Part shown: positions 10,073-20,900 of the stretch, in pieces
How the letters are laid out: every line of letters starts with the position of its first letter
Numbering within the stretch: position 1 is the stretch's first letter
Source of the DNA: Candidatus Hydrogenedentota bacterium
GTDB taxonomy: Bacteria; JBFMHD01
Length of the DNA: 34,931 bases
Direction: 5' to 3'
NCBI GenBank assembly: GCA_040752395.1
Contig: JBFMHD010000004.1
Location: 1 to 34,931 of the forward strand
Notes under the pieces: model-generated
Databases searched by the model: none
The model's input: the letters and a program-made list of their open reading frames with translations, nothing else
What the model was told of the DNA's origin: nothing
Position numbers and translations under genes: made by a program

Positions 10073-10145
10073 TTATCTTGCTTCTTGCTTCTTTCGTTAT
10101 CTTGCTTCTAACTAAAGGCACAAAGGGAGACAGGAGACAGGAGAG
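10073..10145 (+). repeat. Heptamer repeat module, copy D
   Basis: (cttcttg)n, ggcacaaa, (aggagac)n; 10076-10104 is the reverse complement of 8512-8540 at 27/29 nt. Confidence 0.88.
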
Positions 10146-10155
10146 GGTACGATTT

Positions 10156-11160
10156 ATGGATACTAAAACGATTATTAAAAAACTACCAAAGGTTGATCTC
10201 CATTTACATCTTGACGGCTCACTCAGAGTTGAAACTATCAGGGATCTGGCTATCTCCCATAAATTTAAACTTCCAACAGAAGACCCAGAAAAACTCGCTA
10301 AATATTGTCACGTTTCAAAAAACTGTAAAAGTCTCGCTGAATTTTTAGATGCTTTTGAATTCTTTTATCCTTTTTTAAAATTTCCAGACTCTGTTTTTAG
10401 AATGGCTTATGAGTTATGTGAGGATATGGCAAAAGATAATGTTGTATATTTTGAAACAAGGTTTGCTCCACATCTTCAAGCTACATCTAAAATGTCTGCC
10501 AGGGATGTTGTAAAATATGCACTTAACGGCCTTAAAAAAGGAAGTAAAGATTTTGGGGTTGAGTTTGGTGCTATACTTTGTTGCTATCGGCCTCTACCAC
10601 CTGAAACATCTTATGAAACCGTACTAATAGCTGAGAAATTTCTTGGTGACGGTGTTGTAGGTATTGATTTAGCAGGCGATGAATCTAAATATAAATTAGA
10701 GATCCATAAAAAAGCACTGACCAGAGCAAGAGAGATAGGTATTCCGATAACGGTCCATGCTGGTGAGGCTGCCCCAAGCTGGAGCGTCTGGGACGCTCTG
10801 AATGCAGGTGCTAAAAGAATCGGACACGGTGTAAGAATCAGAGAAGATAAAAAATTATATCAAAAAATTATTAAAGAAAAGATACCACTTGAAATCTGCC
10901 TTACAAGCAATGTTCAAACACGTGCAGTAGAGTCCTACGAAAAACATCCATTCCCAGAATATTACAAAAACGGTATTGTTACTGTGCTTAATACAGACGA
11001 TCCCGGTGTAAGCAACATAGACCTTAGTTATGAATATACCATAGCCTGTAAAAAGTATAGATTAAGTATAGATGATTTGAAAAAGATAGTAAACTATGGT
11101 ATTCAAAGTGCATTTTGTTCTGATTCTATTAAGGTTGAGTTAAGCAAAGGGATATCTTAA
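10156..11160 (+). CDS. add: Adenosine deaminase
   Basis: PKVDLHLHLDGS, GIDLAGDE, TVHAGE, RIGHG, CLTSN, NTDDP. Confidence 0.95.
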   Translation: MDTKTIIKKLPKVDLHLHLDGSLRVETIRDLAISHKFKLPTEDPEKLAKYCHVSKNCKSLAEFLDAFEFFYPFLKFPDSVFRMAYELCEDMAKDNVVYFETRFAPHLQATSKMSARDVVKYALNGLKKGSKDFGVEFGAILCCYRPLPPETSYETVLIAEKFLGDGVVGIDLAGDESKYKLEIHKKALTRAREIGIPITVHAGEAAPSWSVWDALNAGAKRIGHGVRIREDKKLYQKIIKEKIPLEICLTSNVQTRAVESYEKHPFPEYYKNGIVTVLNTDDPGVSNIDLSYEYTIACKKYRLSIDDLKKIVNYGIQSAFCSDSIKVELSKGIS

Positions 11161-11179
11161 AAATATCGACGAAAAATTA

Positions 11180-11208
11180 TTGACAAACAAAAAAAATCGA
11201 CATATAAA
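11180..11208 (+). promoter_or_regulatory. sigma70 promoter, probably giving a leaderless mRNA
   Basis: TTGACA-17 nt-TATAAA ending 5 nt before the ATG at 11214; no SD. Confidence 0.6.
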
Positions 11209-11213
11209 AGAGT

Positions 11214-12389
11214 ATGCTAATTAAAAGACAAGTGCAGTTACCTAAAAATAAAAATTTCTTTTTGTTCGGCCCTCGGCAGACCGGTAAAAGCACACTCTTG
11301 AAACATACTTTTTCAAATAAAAGACCTCTTTACTATGATATTTTAAAATCCGAGATATTTAGAAAATTAGCTGCTAATCCAGAAGTACTTCGAAGCGAGA
11401 TACAAGCTGTGATGCTGACTAAAAAAATTACTCATGTTATCATCGATGAAGTTCAGAAAATCCCGGGTATAATGGATGAATTGCAATCGCTTATTGATTC
11501 AAAAATACCATGCAACTTCATCATAAGCGGTTCCAGTCCGCGTAAATTGAAAAGAGCTCATGCAAATATGCTTGCGGGCCGGGCATGGACATTCCATTTA
11601 TACCCATTTACCTATTTTGAAATAAAAGATACATTTGAATTAAATCGTGTTCTTCAATTCGGTTCCATTCCACCTATATATTGTGCTTCTTCTGATACAG
11701 AGAGATATGAAATCCTTAACTCATATGTGGATACTTATATCAAAGAAGAAGTTGAGATAGAAGCCGATATAAGAAATATAGGTGGGTTCCTGCGTTTTTT
11801 ACCTATGGCTGCCTCTCAAAACGGTGAAGTACTTAATTTTTCAAATATAGCCCGTGAAACAGGAGTGAAATATAATTCAGTTAGAGAATATTATAAAATT
11901 CTGGAAGACACTTTAATAGGGTTTTATCTCCTGCCTTATGGAAGATCGATACGAAAAAAAATGACCCGACATCCAAAGTTTTATCTGTTTGATACAGGTA
12001 TTGTTAACGCATTGAATAAAAGATTACAAGTCACTTTGGAACAGAATAGTTATGAGTTTGGCAGGTTATTTGAGCAATTTCTCGTATGTGAAATAATCAG
12101 AATGAATAATTACAGACGTGCTGACTTTACTATCTCATTTTATCGGACAGAACGAGGGGTAGAAGTTGATTGCATTATCGAAACACCAAAAGGTAAAATT
12201 GTAGCGCTCGAAATCAAATCAACCCGAAATCCAGATACAACTCACTGTTCAGGCTTGATCTCTTTTAAGGAAAAGGTCAAAGAAGCAGAACTTATCCTCG
12301 CCTGTAGAATAGATATTCCAAGAAAATTAGATAAAGTATTAGCTTATCCCTGGGAGACTGCATTAGAATATATCTCAACCATTGATTAA
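11214..12389 (+). CDS. AAA_14 ATPase with DUF4143 and nuclease-like C-terminus
   Basis: GPRQTGKS, IIDEVQK, SGSS, PKFYLFDTG, EVDCII...LEIK. Confidence 0.9.
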   Translation: MLIKRQVQLPKNKNFFLFGPRQTGKSTLLKHTFSNKRPLYYDILKSEIFRKLAANPEVLRSEIQAVMLTKKITHVIIDEVQKIPGIMDELQSLIDSKIPCNFIISGSSPRKLKRAHANMLAGRAWTFHLYPFTYFEIKDTFELNRVLQFGSIPPIYCASSDTERYEILNSYVDTYIKEEVEIEADIRNIGGFLRFLPMAASQNGEVLNFSNIARETGVKYNSVREYYKILEDTLIGFYLLPYGRSIRKKMTRHPKFYLFDTGIVNALNKRLQVTLEQNSYEFGRLFEQFLVCEIIRMNNYRRADFTISFYRTERGVEVDCIIETPKGKIVALEIKSTRNPDTTHCSGLISFKEKVKEAELILACRIDIPRKLDKVLAYPWETALEYISTID

Positions 12390-12585
12390 TTTGTAATTTG
12401 TTAATTGGGAACGGTTATGATTTAGAAGTAAGAAGTATCAAATGTATTTATTGAATTAAAAAGAATGGCTGAATAGGAATAAATTTTGCTAAATTAACAC
12501 TATATTGTTTTGGTATTGATTATTTTTATTGAAATTATATACTATGTAAGTGTTAAAAAATCGACGTAAAAAAAGAAAAAGTGTT

Positions 12586-15500
12586 ATGGTAACTTCAAAT
12601 TATATTTATACTAAAAGAATTAGTTTAATAGTGTCATTGATTTTAATATTAGTCATAGTTACGTCAAACTCATTAATCGCAGCTCCATGGTGGTGGGTCC
12701 ATTTTACTAAAGGCGATGATGTCTCTGATGCACTCTCTAATTATGAGAAATGGATGGCTTTTGCTATAAATGATGCTTCGACATCGGAAACTGTGTATGT
12801 TGCTTCATATACCTGGGGCACTGGGAACCTTGACCCGATTAGTGGGTTAGATGGAGGTAATGATGTCGGCGTAAATGCTGTCGCAGCTGCAAAAAACGAT
12901 GTTTTTGACCCGAATAATTATATAATAGATGATGGAGGAGGTGAACCTGATCTTGCTCAACTCTCAGCTGATGCAAACAATGTTCAGGTAACAGAAGCAG
13001 GCGCAAATATTCATCACAATAAATTAGTTGTCATCCCTGGTCGCAGAGTAATAACAGGCTCTGCCAATTTTACAGCAGGCGCTTATTCTTCTCAACCTAA
13101 TAATATGCTTGTTATAAAATCAAGTATGTCTGATGTTATAAATCGTTATGTTAGCCAGTGTGAAGAGTTACGTGATAGTACTTTTCATGATAATACTCAG
13201 ACCGGGCCGCCTTATTATTTTAACTCTCCGAATGGTGATACAATAGAGGTTTATTTTTCGCCTGATGACCATGGCTGGATACCAAAAGGTAATGGCCCGG
13301 GATATTCTGACCCTGACGTAAATGCTGATAGTGATGTAGAAGCAGTTGTTATGCGGGTTATTAAAGAAGCCAGAGAAAGTATCTTTTATATAATAAATTT
13401 CAGCAATATGCAATACGGCAGTTTTTCCCCAAATGTTATTGAAAAGTTAGTAGATTCGACCAGATTTGTAGAGGGTGTGTTTCATAGCGGTACTGGTTTT
13501 GGTTCTTTACAAAACGACCACACCTGTCGTGATTCAGATGCCTGGTTTAATGATGGTCTGAACTCTGATGATGAGATACATCATAAAGTATATATAATAG
13601 ACCAGGAAGTCATTATTACTGGTTCTGCTAATACAACCTCAACATCTCTGTCTAATCCCTCTGGAAATGATGAAAATATAGTTGTTGTTCATGATTTCAG
13701 GCTTGGTCGCAGGTTCACTCAAGAGTATCGCAGATTAATGGCTCTTTTATCGCCAGAAAATATCGGTCAGGCAGACTCGTTTGAAACATCACCGCCGCAG
13801 CCTGTTTCTGGATTAACCGTCACTCCTGGCTCAACAAATTTTACCTTGAGATGGAATAAATCAAATGCAACTGATTTCTCGCGATATTATATCTTTATAT
13901 CAACCTATCCTATTTATACTAATGCCCAGTTAGGCGATAGTGTTGATCAGGATAATGATGGTTATTACAACGAAGACCCGCGAGGCGATGCTGATGGTTT
14001 CGCATCAGGTCAGACTTTAGCATCTGCGCAAAGCGCTAATGATGATGCTGATGCTTTGATCGATGAGGATACCTGGCTCTGGCCAGAAGCTCAAATAAAA
14101 GATGTTAATGATACAGATATCGTATTAACTACTTATAATGTAGGTGATGCCCTTGTTTCTGGTATCGACTACTGGTTTGCAGTTGTTGGTGTTGATACTC
14201 ACGGCAATGAATCAATTGCTGATACTGAAGGACCCTACCAGTTAAGCTCATCAGTGACATATTACTTAAATGTAACCAAAATAGCTGATGTCACTGATAC
14301 TCCAGTGATGCAGGGTGATACACCTGTAACAGTATTCTTTCTTAATATTGATTCTGACACTGATAATGACACCCTTAAAACTTTTAAAATAAAAAATCTT
14401 GGGAGCGCTGATACTAATGACATTCGAGAGGTTGCATTATATCATGATGTTAACAGAGACAGTCATCTTACCTCAGGTGATACCCTTGTAGCAATTTTAA
14501 GTTATAGTTCAGGCTACTTTCAGAATACTTCTTTTGCTGACTCGATACCCGATGCAGGCGATTCGTATATCGTTGTTATCTGGCTATACGATACAGCTGG
14601 GATAGGTGATACTTTACAGTTTCAGATCCCTGCTTATGGTGTTGAATCAATCAAAGCTGATTCAGGCCCATCCTCTGCTTTAACAAACAATACTATCCTG
14701 GTCATACAGAGTGTAAATCAGATTGATGTTGATACTCGTGGTGATTATGCGAGTAATTCTTCTGTTACAAAAGGTGATACTATTCTTGTTATGGCTTTGC
14801 GTATCTCTGTTACTCAGTCGAACGATACTTTAACCGCATTCGCTATCACGAACCTCGGCACAATGACTACCTCTGATATCGATTACATCTCTGTTTACCA
14901 CGACGCTTTTTCAGACTCACAGCTCACATCTGCTGATACTTTTATAAAGACTCTGACTTTTACAGGCAGTTCTACCTGGAAAGATACACAAATTAGTTAT
15001 ATCTTCTATGGTACAACACTTGATGTAATAGTTGCTGTTAAAACCTTGACTTCTGCAACTGGTGGCAACACTTTTCAGGGTAGAATCCCTAGCCGAACAG
15101 TTGACTCACAGAAAGGCGACTCCGGGCCACTATCTAATCTTCAGACAACTGCTCTCTTTACTATCGCTTCTGATACCTCGCCTGATACTGCTATTGTTTT
15201 AAATGAATATATCCCTGACCCCAGCGGACAGGACCACGATTATGACGGTACCCAGTTAGATGCTGATGAGGAATTTATTGAGTTATATAATAACTCAGAT
15301 GGCAGTGTTGATATAGGGAACTGGAAATTAGATGATGATTTCTCACCAGGTGATATAACCATACCAGCAGGTGTAATATTAGGGCCACGCCAATTCTTTA
15401 TAGCCTATGCTGCAACTGATTCTGCAGGCCGAAGCTTTTATATTTATGATACAACTGGTAGAATTATATTAGACTCAGGTGCTTGGTCAGGTACCTGGAA

Positions 15501-16854
15501 CGGGCTTAATAATAGCCAGGATTCAGTGGCTGTCTCTAATGCTTCTAATACATTAATTGATACAGTATATTACACTGCTTATACAGCAGGCAAATCTAAT
15601 TGTCGTTTAATTGATGCCTGGTCAACGTGGAATACAGATATGAATGTTACGCCTGGGAAAAACAGTGATCCCACAGCTACCCAGAACAGACCCTCACCGA
15701 ATGGTTATATCTCAGTTTTAGCAGCCCCGGACTCGATTACTTCAGGTGACACAACACTTTTAACTATGATAGTAAAAGATTCTAATGATGATACAGTTAC
15801 TGCTTTTACATATCAATGTAATATTTCTATCTCTACGGGTAATATTTCTCCATCTCAAACCTCTAATTTTGTTAATGGTTCTGGCACCCAGACTGTTACT
15901 GTTTCCAACATTAATGAAGGCGGCACCACAATCATAACAATATCTTACAATACTACGACTTATGGGACAAAAGCTATTTGGCTTAGTCCGCCGGCACCAG
16001 CAGATTATGATGGTTCTGGCACAATGTCGATATTTCAATATGGTGTTGTTGTTACTTCTGATACCGAGGGAGATACTGCTCAATACGATATTATATTTTA
16101 TGCAACAGAGAATCTTGCTTCTGGCACTGTCACTTTTATCATACCGCAATCCTGGAGCGATTTAAACAACACCTATTATCTGCCTGGCTATTTTACTGTG
16201 AGTTCATCTCAAGCAATTGCTGACTCGTATCTCATCTCTGAGACAATGGTAAAGATCAGGCTCGGTGCTATTTTCAATACTGGTGATACTGTCGCTATAA
16301 AATACGGGGCAGGTGTTGGTACAGGTGCTATTATTGGCAGTGGTAACCCGGCAGTTTTCTATGTTTATTCTGCTGATTCGAATACCACACAGGGCGGCGA
16401 AGAGTTTGCTGATAGTGTACCTATAACTATTTACTCACCTATAAATGTTTCAGGCACTGTTACTTTTGAAGGAAGAACTACCCATTACGGTGCTATTATT
16501 GAAATTTATAACGGCACTGATACTTATCAAGCAACAAGCGATACCTCAGGTACTTTTGTTGTACAGGTCTGGACAAGTGGTCTCTATAATATAGAAGTTA
16601 AAGAATTCAGATCCCTTGCTAAAAGATTGTATAATTATAATATCACAACTGATACAAACATAGGAACGATCGGGCCTCTTTTAATTGGCGATTCAAGAGA
16701 AGATAATATGATAAATCTGCTTGATGCTTCATTTGTAAAGATTTATACAGGTACAACATCAGATACCAGAGCAGATGTAAATAACTCAGGTGGCCCTGTT
16801 GATAGTACTGATATGAGTTATATAAGAAAGAATTTCGGTCGTATAGGCGAGTAG
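12586..16854 (+). CDS. Secreted PLD-superfamily (nuclease-like) protein with FN3-like, Ig-like, lamin-tail and C-terminal dockerin-like domains (P1)
   Basis: Hydrophobic leader; HNKLVVIP..GSANFT and HHKVYIID..GSANTT; IVLNEYIPDP..EEFIELYN; GDSREDNMINLLD..ADVNNSGGPVDSTD; start uncertain (12550 or 12586). Confidence 0.8.
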   Translation: MVTSNYIYTKRISLIVSLILILVIVTSNSLIAAPWWWVHFTKGDDVSDALSNYEKWMAFAINDASTSETVYVASYTWGTGNLDPISGLDGGNDVGVNAVAAAKNDVFDPNNYIIDDGGGEPDLAQLSADANNVQVTEAGANIHHNKLVVIPGRRVITGSANFTAGAYSSQPNNMLVIKSSMSDVINRYVSQCEELRDSTFHDNTQTGPPYYFNSPNGDTIEVYFSPDDHGWIPKGNGPGYSDPDVNADSDVEAVVMRVIKEARESIFYIINFSNMQYGSFSPNVIEKLVDSTRFVEGVFHSGTGFGSLQNDHTCRDSDAWFNDGLNSDDEIHHKVYIIDQEVIITGSANTTSTSLSNPSGNDENIVVVHDFRLGRRFTQEYRRLMALLSPENIGQADSFETSPPQPVSGLTVTPGSTNFTLRWNKSNATDFSRYYIFISTYPIYTNAQLGDSVDQDNDGYYNEDPRGDADGFASGQTLASAQSANDDADALIDEDTWLWPEAQIKDVNDTDIVLTTYNVGDALVSGIDYWFAVVGVDTHGNESIADTEGPYQLSSSVTYYLNVTKIADVTDTPVMQGDTPVTVFFLNIDSDTDNDTLKTFKIKNLGSADTNDIREVALYHDVNRDSHLTSGDTLVAILSYSSGYFQNTSFADSIPDAGDSYIVVIWLYDTAGIGDTLQFQIPAYGVESIKADSGPSSALTNNTILVIQSVNQIDVDTRGDYASNSSVTKGDTILVMALRISVTQSNDTLTAFAITNLGTMTTSDIDYISVYHDAFSDSQLTSADTFIKTLTFTGSSTWKDTQISYIFYGTTLDVIVAVKTLTSATGGNTFQGRIPSRTVDSQKGDSGPLSNLQTTALFTIASDTSPDTAIVLNEYIPDPSGQDHDYDGTQLDADEEFIELYNNSDGSVDIGNWKLDDDFSPGDITIPAGVILGPRQFFIAYAATDSAGRSFYIYDTTGRIILDSGAWSGTWNGLNNSQDSVAVSNASNTLIDTVYYTAYTAGKSNCRLIDAWSTWNTDMNVTPGKNSDPTATQNRPSPNGYISVLAAPDSITSGDTTLLTMIVKDSNDDTVTAFTYQCNISISTGNISPSQTSNFVNGSGTQTVTVSNINEGGTTIITISYNTTTYGTKAIWLSPPAPADYDGSGTMSIFQYGVVVTSDTEGDTAQYDIIFYATENLASGTVTFIIPQSWSDLNNTYYLPGYFTVSSSQAIADSYLISETMVKIRLGAIFNTGDTVAIKYGAGVGTGAIIGSGNPAVFYVYSADSNTTQGGEEFADSVPITIYSPINVSGTVTFEGRTTHYGAIIEIYNGTDTYQATSDTSGTFVVQVWTSGLYNIEVKEFRSLAKRLYNYNITTDTNIGTIGPLLIGDSREDNMINLLDASFVKIYTGTTSDTRADVNNSGGPVDSTDMSYIRKNFGRIGE

Positions 16855-16867
16855 ACTGTAATCCCTG

Positions 16868-17095
16868 CTCCGAACTCCGAACTTTTTCGAAGGAGTACTC
16901 ATGAGCGCGGTTTGCGCTCTACACAATATATGAAAAACTAAAGATGATATAAAAAGAGTCGTGAGTCGCAAGTCGTGAGTCAAAACAGGACTCGAGACTC
17001 AAGACTCAAGACTTTTCAGCTGGCTCCGGGCTTCGGGCTCCAGCCGGCTGTAGCCCGTAGCCCGTAGCCTGAGTTTTACAATGGAGCAAAGCGAC
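16868..17095 (+). repeat. Modular heptamer-hairpin repeat, copy E (5' part)
   Basis: Matches copy B from ctttttcgaaggag to the (tagcccg)n tract; ends with the atggagcaaagcgac module. Confidence 0.95.
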
Positions 17096-17139
17096 AAGGG
17101 GCCACATAAGAGAAAATAGTAAGGAATGGTACACATTTA

Positions 17140-17454
17140 ATGAGATGGTTTAAGGATGTTTATAATCGACGGGTTCGATTGACGGATGAACGACAAGAAC
17201 ATCTTGAAATTGATCATCCTGAAATGGCAGGGCAAATTAATAAAATAGAAGAGACCTTGTTAAGTCCTGATCAGGTAGTCAAATCAAAAACAGATCCAAA
17301 TGTTGAATTATTTTATCGACGTTATGATATCACACCAGTCACTGAGAAGTATATATGTGTTATAATTAAGGTATCGATGGGAGACTTATTTATTATAACA
17401 GCATATTTCACGAATACAATAAAGACAGGAGAAATATTATGGAAAAAACAATAA
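17140..17454 (+). CDS. Putative BECR/RelE-like toxin (PBECR2/DUF4258-like)
   Basis: VRLTDERQEH..HPEM..IEETL..PD..ITAY; overlaps a DUF2283-like partner. Confidence 0.65.
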   Translation: MRWFKDVYNRRVRLTDERQEHLEIDHPEMAGQINKIEETLLSPDQVVKSKTDPNVELFYRRYDITPVTEKYICVIIKVSMGDLFIITAYFTNTIKTGEILWKKQ

Positions 17455-17642
17455 AAATTTGGTATGATCCAGAGGGCGATTATTTAGAGGTAATTTTTGA
17501 ACGGAAAACTGGTTACTTTAAAGAAACTGAAAATGATGCAATAATGGAAAAAGTCGATGGAGCAGGAAACATTATTGGTTTTTCCATTCTAAAATTGAGT
17601 ACACTCAAAGACCAGAAACCACTTTCAGTAAGTTTGCGATAA
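17439..17642 (+). CDS. DUF2283-family putative antitoxin
   Basis: IWYDPEGDYLEV..VDGAGNIIGFSIL; SD AGGAG. Confidence 0.8.
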   Translation: MEKTIKIWYDPEGDYLEVIFERKTGYFKETENDAIMEKVDGAGNIIGFSILKLSTLKDQKPLSVSLR

Positions 17643-17698
17643 AATGTCATGTCCAAATTATTAGACCCAAACTACGGAGACACACGACTTTTTTACTC

Positions 17699-17850
17699 TA
17701 GTCCGTAGTTGGTAGCCCGTCCTGATACCTCTCACTTCTTCCGTTATCTTGCTTCTTGCCTCTTGTTTCTACTTGAAATTATTAGAGTTACGAAGTTTTT
17801 CGAAGGAGTCGTCATAAGCGCGTTTGCGCTCTACACAACGTATGAAAAAC
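17699..17850 (+). repeat. Modular heptamer-hairpin repeat, copy F (3' part running into 5' module)
   Basis: tagtccgtag..gtcctgatacctctcacttcttccgttatcttgc.., then ttttcgaaggagtcgtcat..gcgctctacacaa. Confidence 0.93.
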
Positions 17851-17901
17851 AGGTTTTTTTCCTTACTTTTAACTTTTAACTTGTCAAAGGGAGATTCTAA
17901 A

Positions 17902-20900
17902 ATGATTAAAAGAACAATTTTTATTCTCGGATTTTTACTTTTATATCCACACCTCGGTTATGCATCAACTCTTCGTATCGTTAGCCCTTCAGATACCGAT
18001 GTATTCGATACATACGGAACAATCGTTGATGATTCAGGTATGGTTGATGACTATATAACTTTAGAGGTCTGGGTTAATGCTCTTGATACTGATATTAACG
18101 GTGTCGAAATCCATTTAAGTTATGACCCTGCGATACTTCAACTTCAGGATGTAGGTGGTGACAGTTTCCCGGCCGATAGCCCTGGTATTCAAATATGGGA
18201 AGACCACTCCCAACTCGGTGATATTTTAGTAAATATCTCTTCTGGCGATACTATAGATTATTCGAGCCTGACCAATGCTGACTCGATTAAATTAGATGTT
18301 CGTGTCTGCACGATGTTATTTAAAATCCTGAGCTATACAGAAACAACTGTTATAGGCTGGGATTTTGATGAAGCAAATAACCGTGTCTCAAGGGTAACCG
18401 AAGCTGATAGCGGGTCTAATGTCTTAACAGCTGTTGATTCTGGTATCATAACTATTCAGCAAAACAATACCGGTGACTCACATCTCCTTATCAGTGAAAT
18501 ATTATATGATGGTGTCGGTTCACCTGATGAAGAATATATTGAAATATACAACCCGCGTAATGATACAGTTATTCTAACTAATTATTACTTAAGTGATGCA
18601 ATGGATACATATTTCAGTTTACCAGAAGATACCCCAACTGTATCATCTGGTGATTTTATAGTTAGATTTCCACAATCAACATTTATTGCTCCGAGAGATA
18701 CAATATTAATTGCTATAAATAGTAGTGATTTTAATACAGTCTATCCTGGGCTTCATCCGGACTTTGAAATAAACCAGGACGGTAACAGCGATAATGTAAG
18801 CGATATGGTCATTATAGAATCCAGTGGAACGATAAGCTTATCAAACACAGGTGAAGGTGTGGTGATGTTTTACTGGAATGGAGTAACTGATTTAGTTTAT
18901 GATGTTGATATAGTTGTCTTTGAAGATATAACTTATGTTCCTGATAAAACAGGTTATTCTCAGGATGGCCCTGATATAGGAACAGAAACCTCAACGTATA
19001 AAACAGATGATACCAGTGCTTATACTCTCGCTTCTAATTCTGCAACCGGCCAATCCCAGACACGCATCGATGTCAATGAAGATAATGAAACGCGATTAAA
19101 TGGTAATGGTATCACAGGTAATGACGAGACAACTGAAAAATTGAGCCTATCATTTAATGGTACCGCATCCCCTACACCATATCATGACGATTTAATAGCT
19201 TATAAAACAGGTGATTATTCTGGCTATTTTACTGATGGTGAAACAAGTGTTGAGGTACTTCAATTTTATCTTGCGCCTGCAAGCTTTATAGATGATACAC
19301 TTGTACAATTAACCCTGCGAAACCTTGGAAATATGGATGATACTGATGTTGATACTGTCTCTTTGTATATCGATGCAGATAAAAGTCTTACGCTATCTTC
19401 ACCAGATACTTTTCTTGGATACCTTACATGGAATCAAGGTAGTAGTGTCTGGGAGACAACATCTGCAAGTATTTATATACCCCAATCAGGTGAAACAATA
19501 CTTGTTATATTAGACATCTCTGATTCGGTCTCGAATGCTGATACATTCAGAGCGCAAATAGATACCTGGGCGTTACGTATGACCACATCTGATAGTGGCC
19601 CCTTTGTGGCGATAACCAATGCCAATGATTTAACAGCTGTTGTAGGTCAATTACTTGTCTCGAAGAATACAGATGTACCTATAAATTATTTTATTCCAGG
19701 CTCAACTAACATAACTATAGCCTCGCTTTATATTCGTGGCAGCACATCAGGTGACACTTTAACTAAATTCACCATTAGAAACATCGCTAATCTTGATACC
19801 CAATATATAACAGCTGTAAAACTCTATGCTGATGCTGATGCAAGTTATACTTATTCAGCACCTGACACATTCGTAGCACTACTACTCTATGATACTTTTA
19901 ATCTCTGGTTCGATACTGACACAATCCAGTATCCGCTTGCTGGAGCTGGCAGTAATTTTGTTGTTACAATAGATGTCTCAATCTCTGCTATCTATGAGCG
20001 AGACTCATTTGTAGCACAGGTCGTAGCTAATGAGTGCTCCGGCGTTATAGCAACTCCGGGCCCAAATACTAATGTGACCAATGCCTATGGCCAAATACTT
20101 GTTAACCCACCAGGCATAGCTACGCACCCGGTAATAAGCCAGGTATATCCTAATGATGCCACTGGTAATAATAATGGCTTATTTATTGAATTGTATAATC
20201 CCACAGATACTGCAGTGGACATATCAGGTTGGACCATACGTGAAGATAATAATAACCTTGTCTTCACAATAGGTAACGTTACCTTACAACCAGGTCAATA
20301 TTATCTTATAGGTGACAGGGATTATGTAACTGAGAGTGATAACAGCCAGTGGCCTGCAGCTGATACCCTGACTTCCACTACTATTGGCTGGAGTGTTACA
20401 AATGATGGTATCTACCTTGCTGATACAACTAAGAGGATAATCGATGCTGTTGGCTGGGGCTCACCAGCAAGTAGTAATAATTATGAATCCGATCCAGCGA
20501 CAGCAGGAAATGGTGTCTCTATTATGCGGCGATCAGCTTATGGTGCCACATCTACTGAGATGCTTATTGGTGGCAGGCGATGGGTTCAGGGGCGTGGCTA
20601 TGATTCATTTAATAATGCCTATGATTTCCTGAGTATCTCAGACACAACGCTTATCGAACCTAAAAATTCATCCTATCGCCGTGAGTTCCCTGACTCATGG
20701 ATTGTTACTGTTACTAAAACAGCTGACCCAGGACCTGCAACAATATATTCAAATGATACAAAAGTCACTGTTATGGCTATAGGCATAACTGGTGATACTG
20801 ATAATGATAATCTCACTATATTTAGTGTGAAAAATATCGGTAGCGCTGATACTCAATCTATTAGTAAAGTTGAAGTATGGAAAGATAATAATTTAAATAA

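Noticed and set aside
5386-17901. Long N-terminal extensions of pdp (5386), add (10078) and P2 (17824)
   Set aside because: They translate repeat DNA; downstream ATGs have SD motifs and fit family starts
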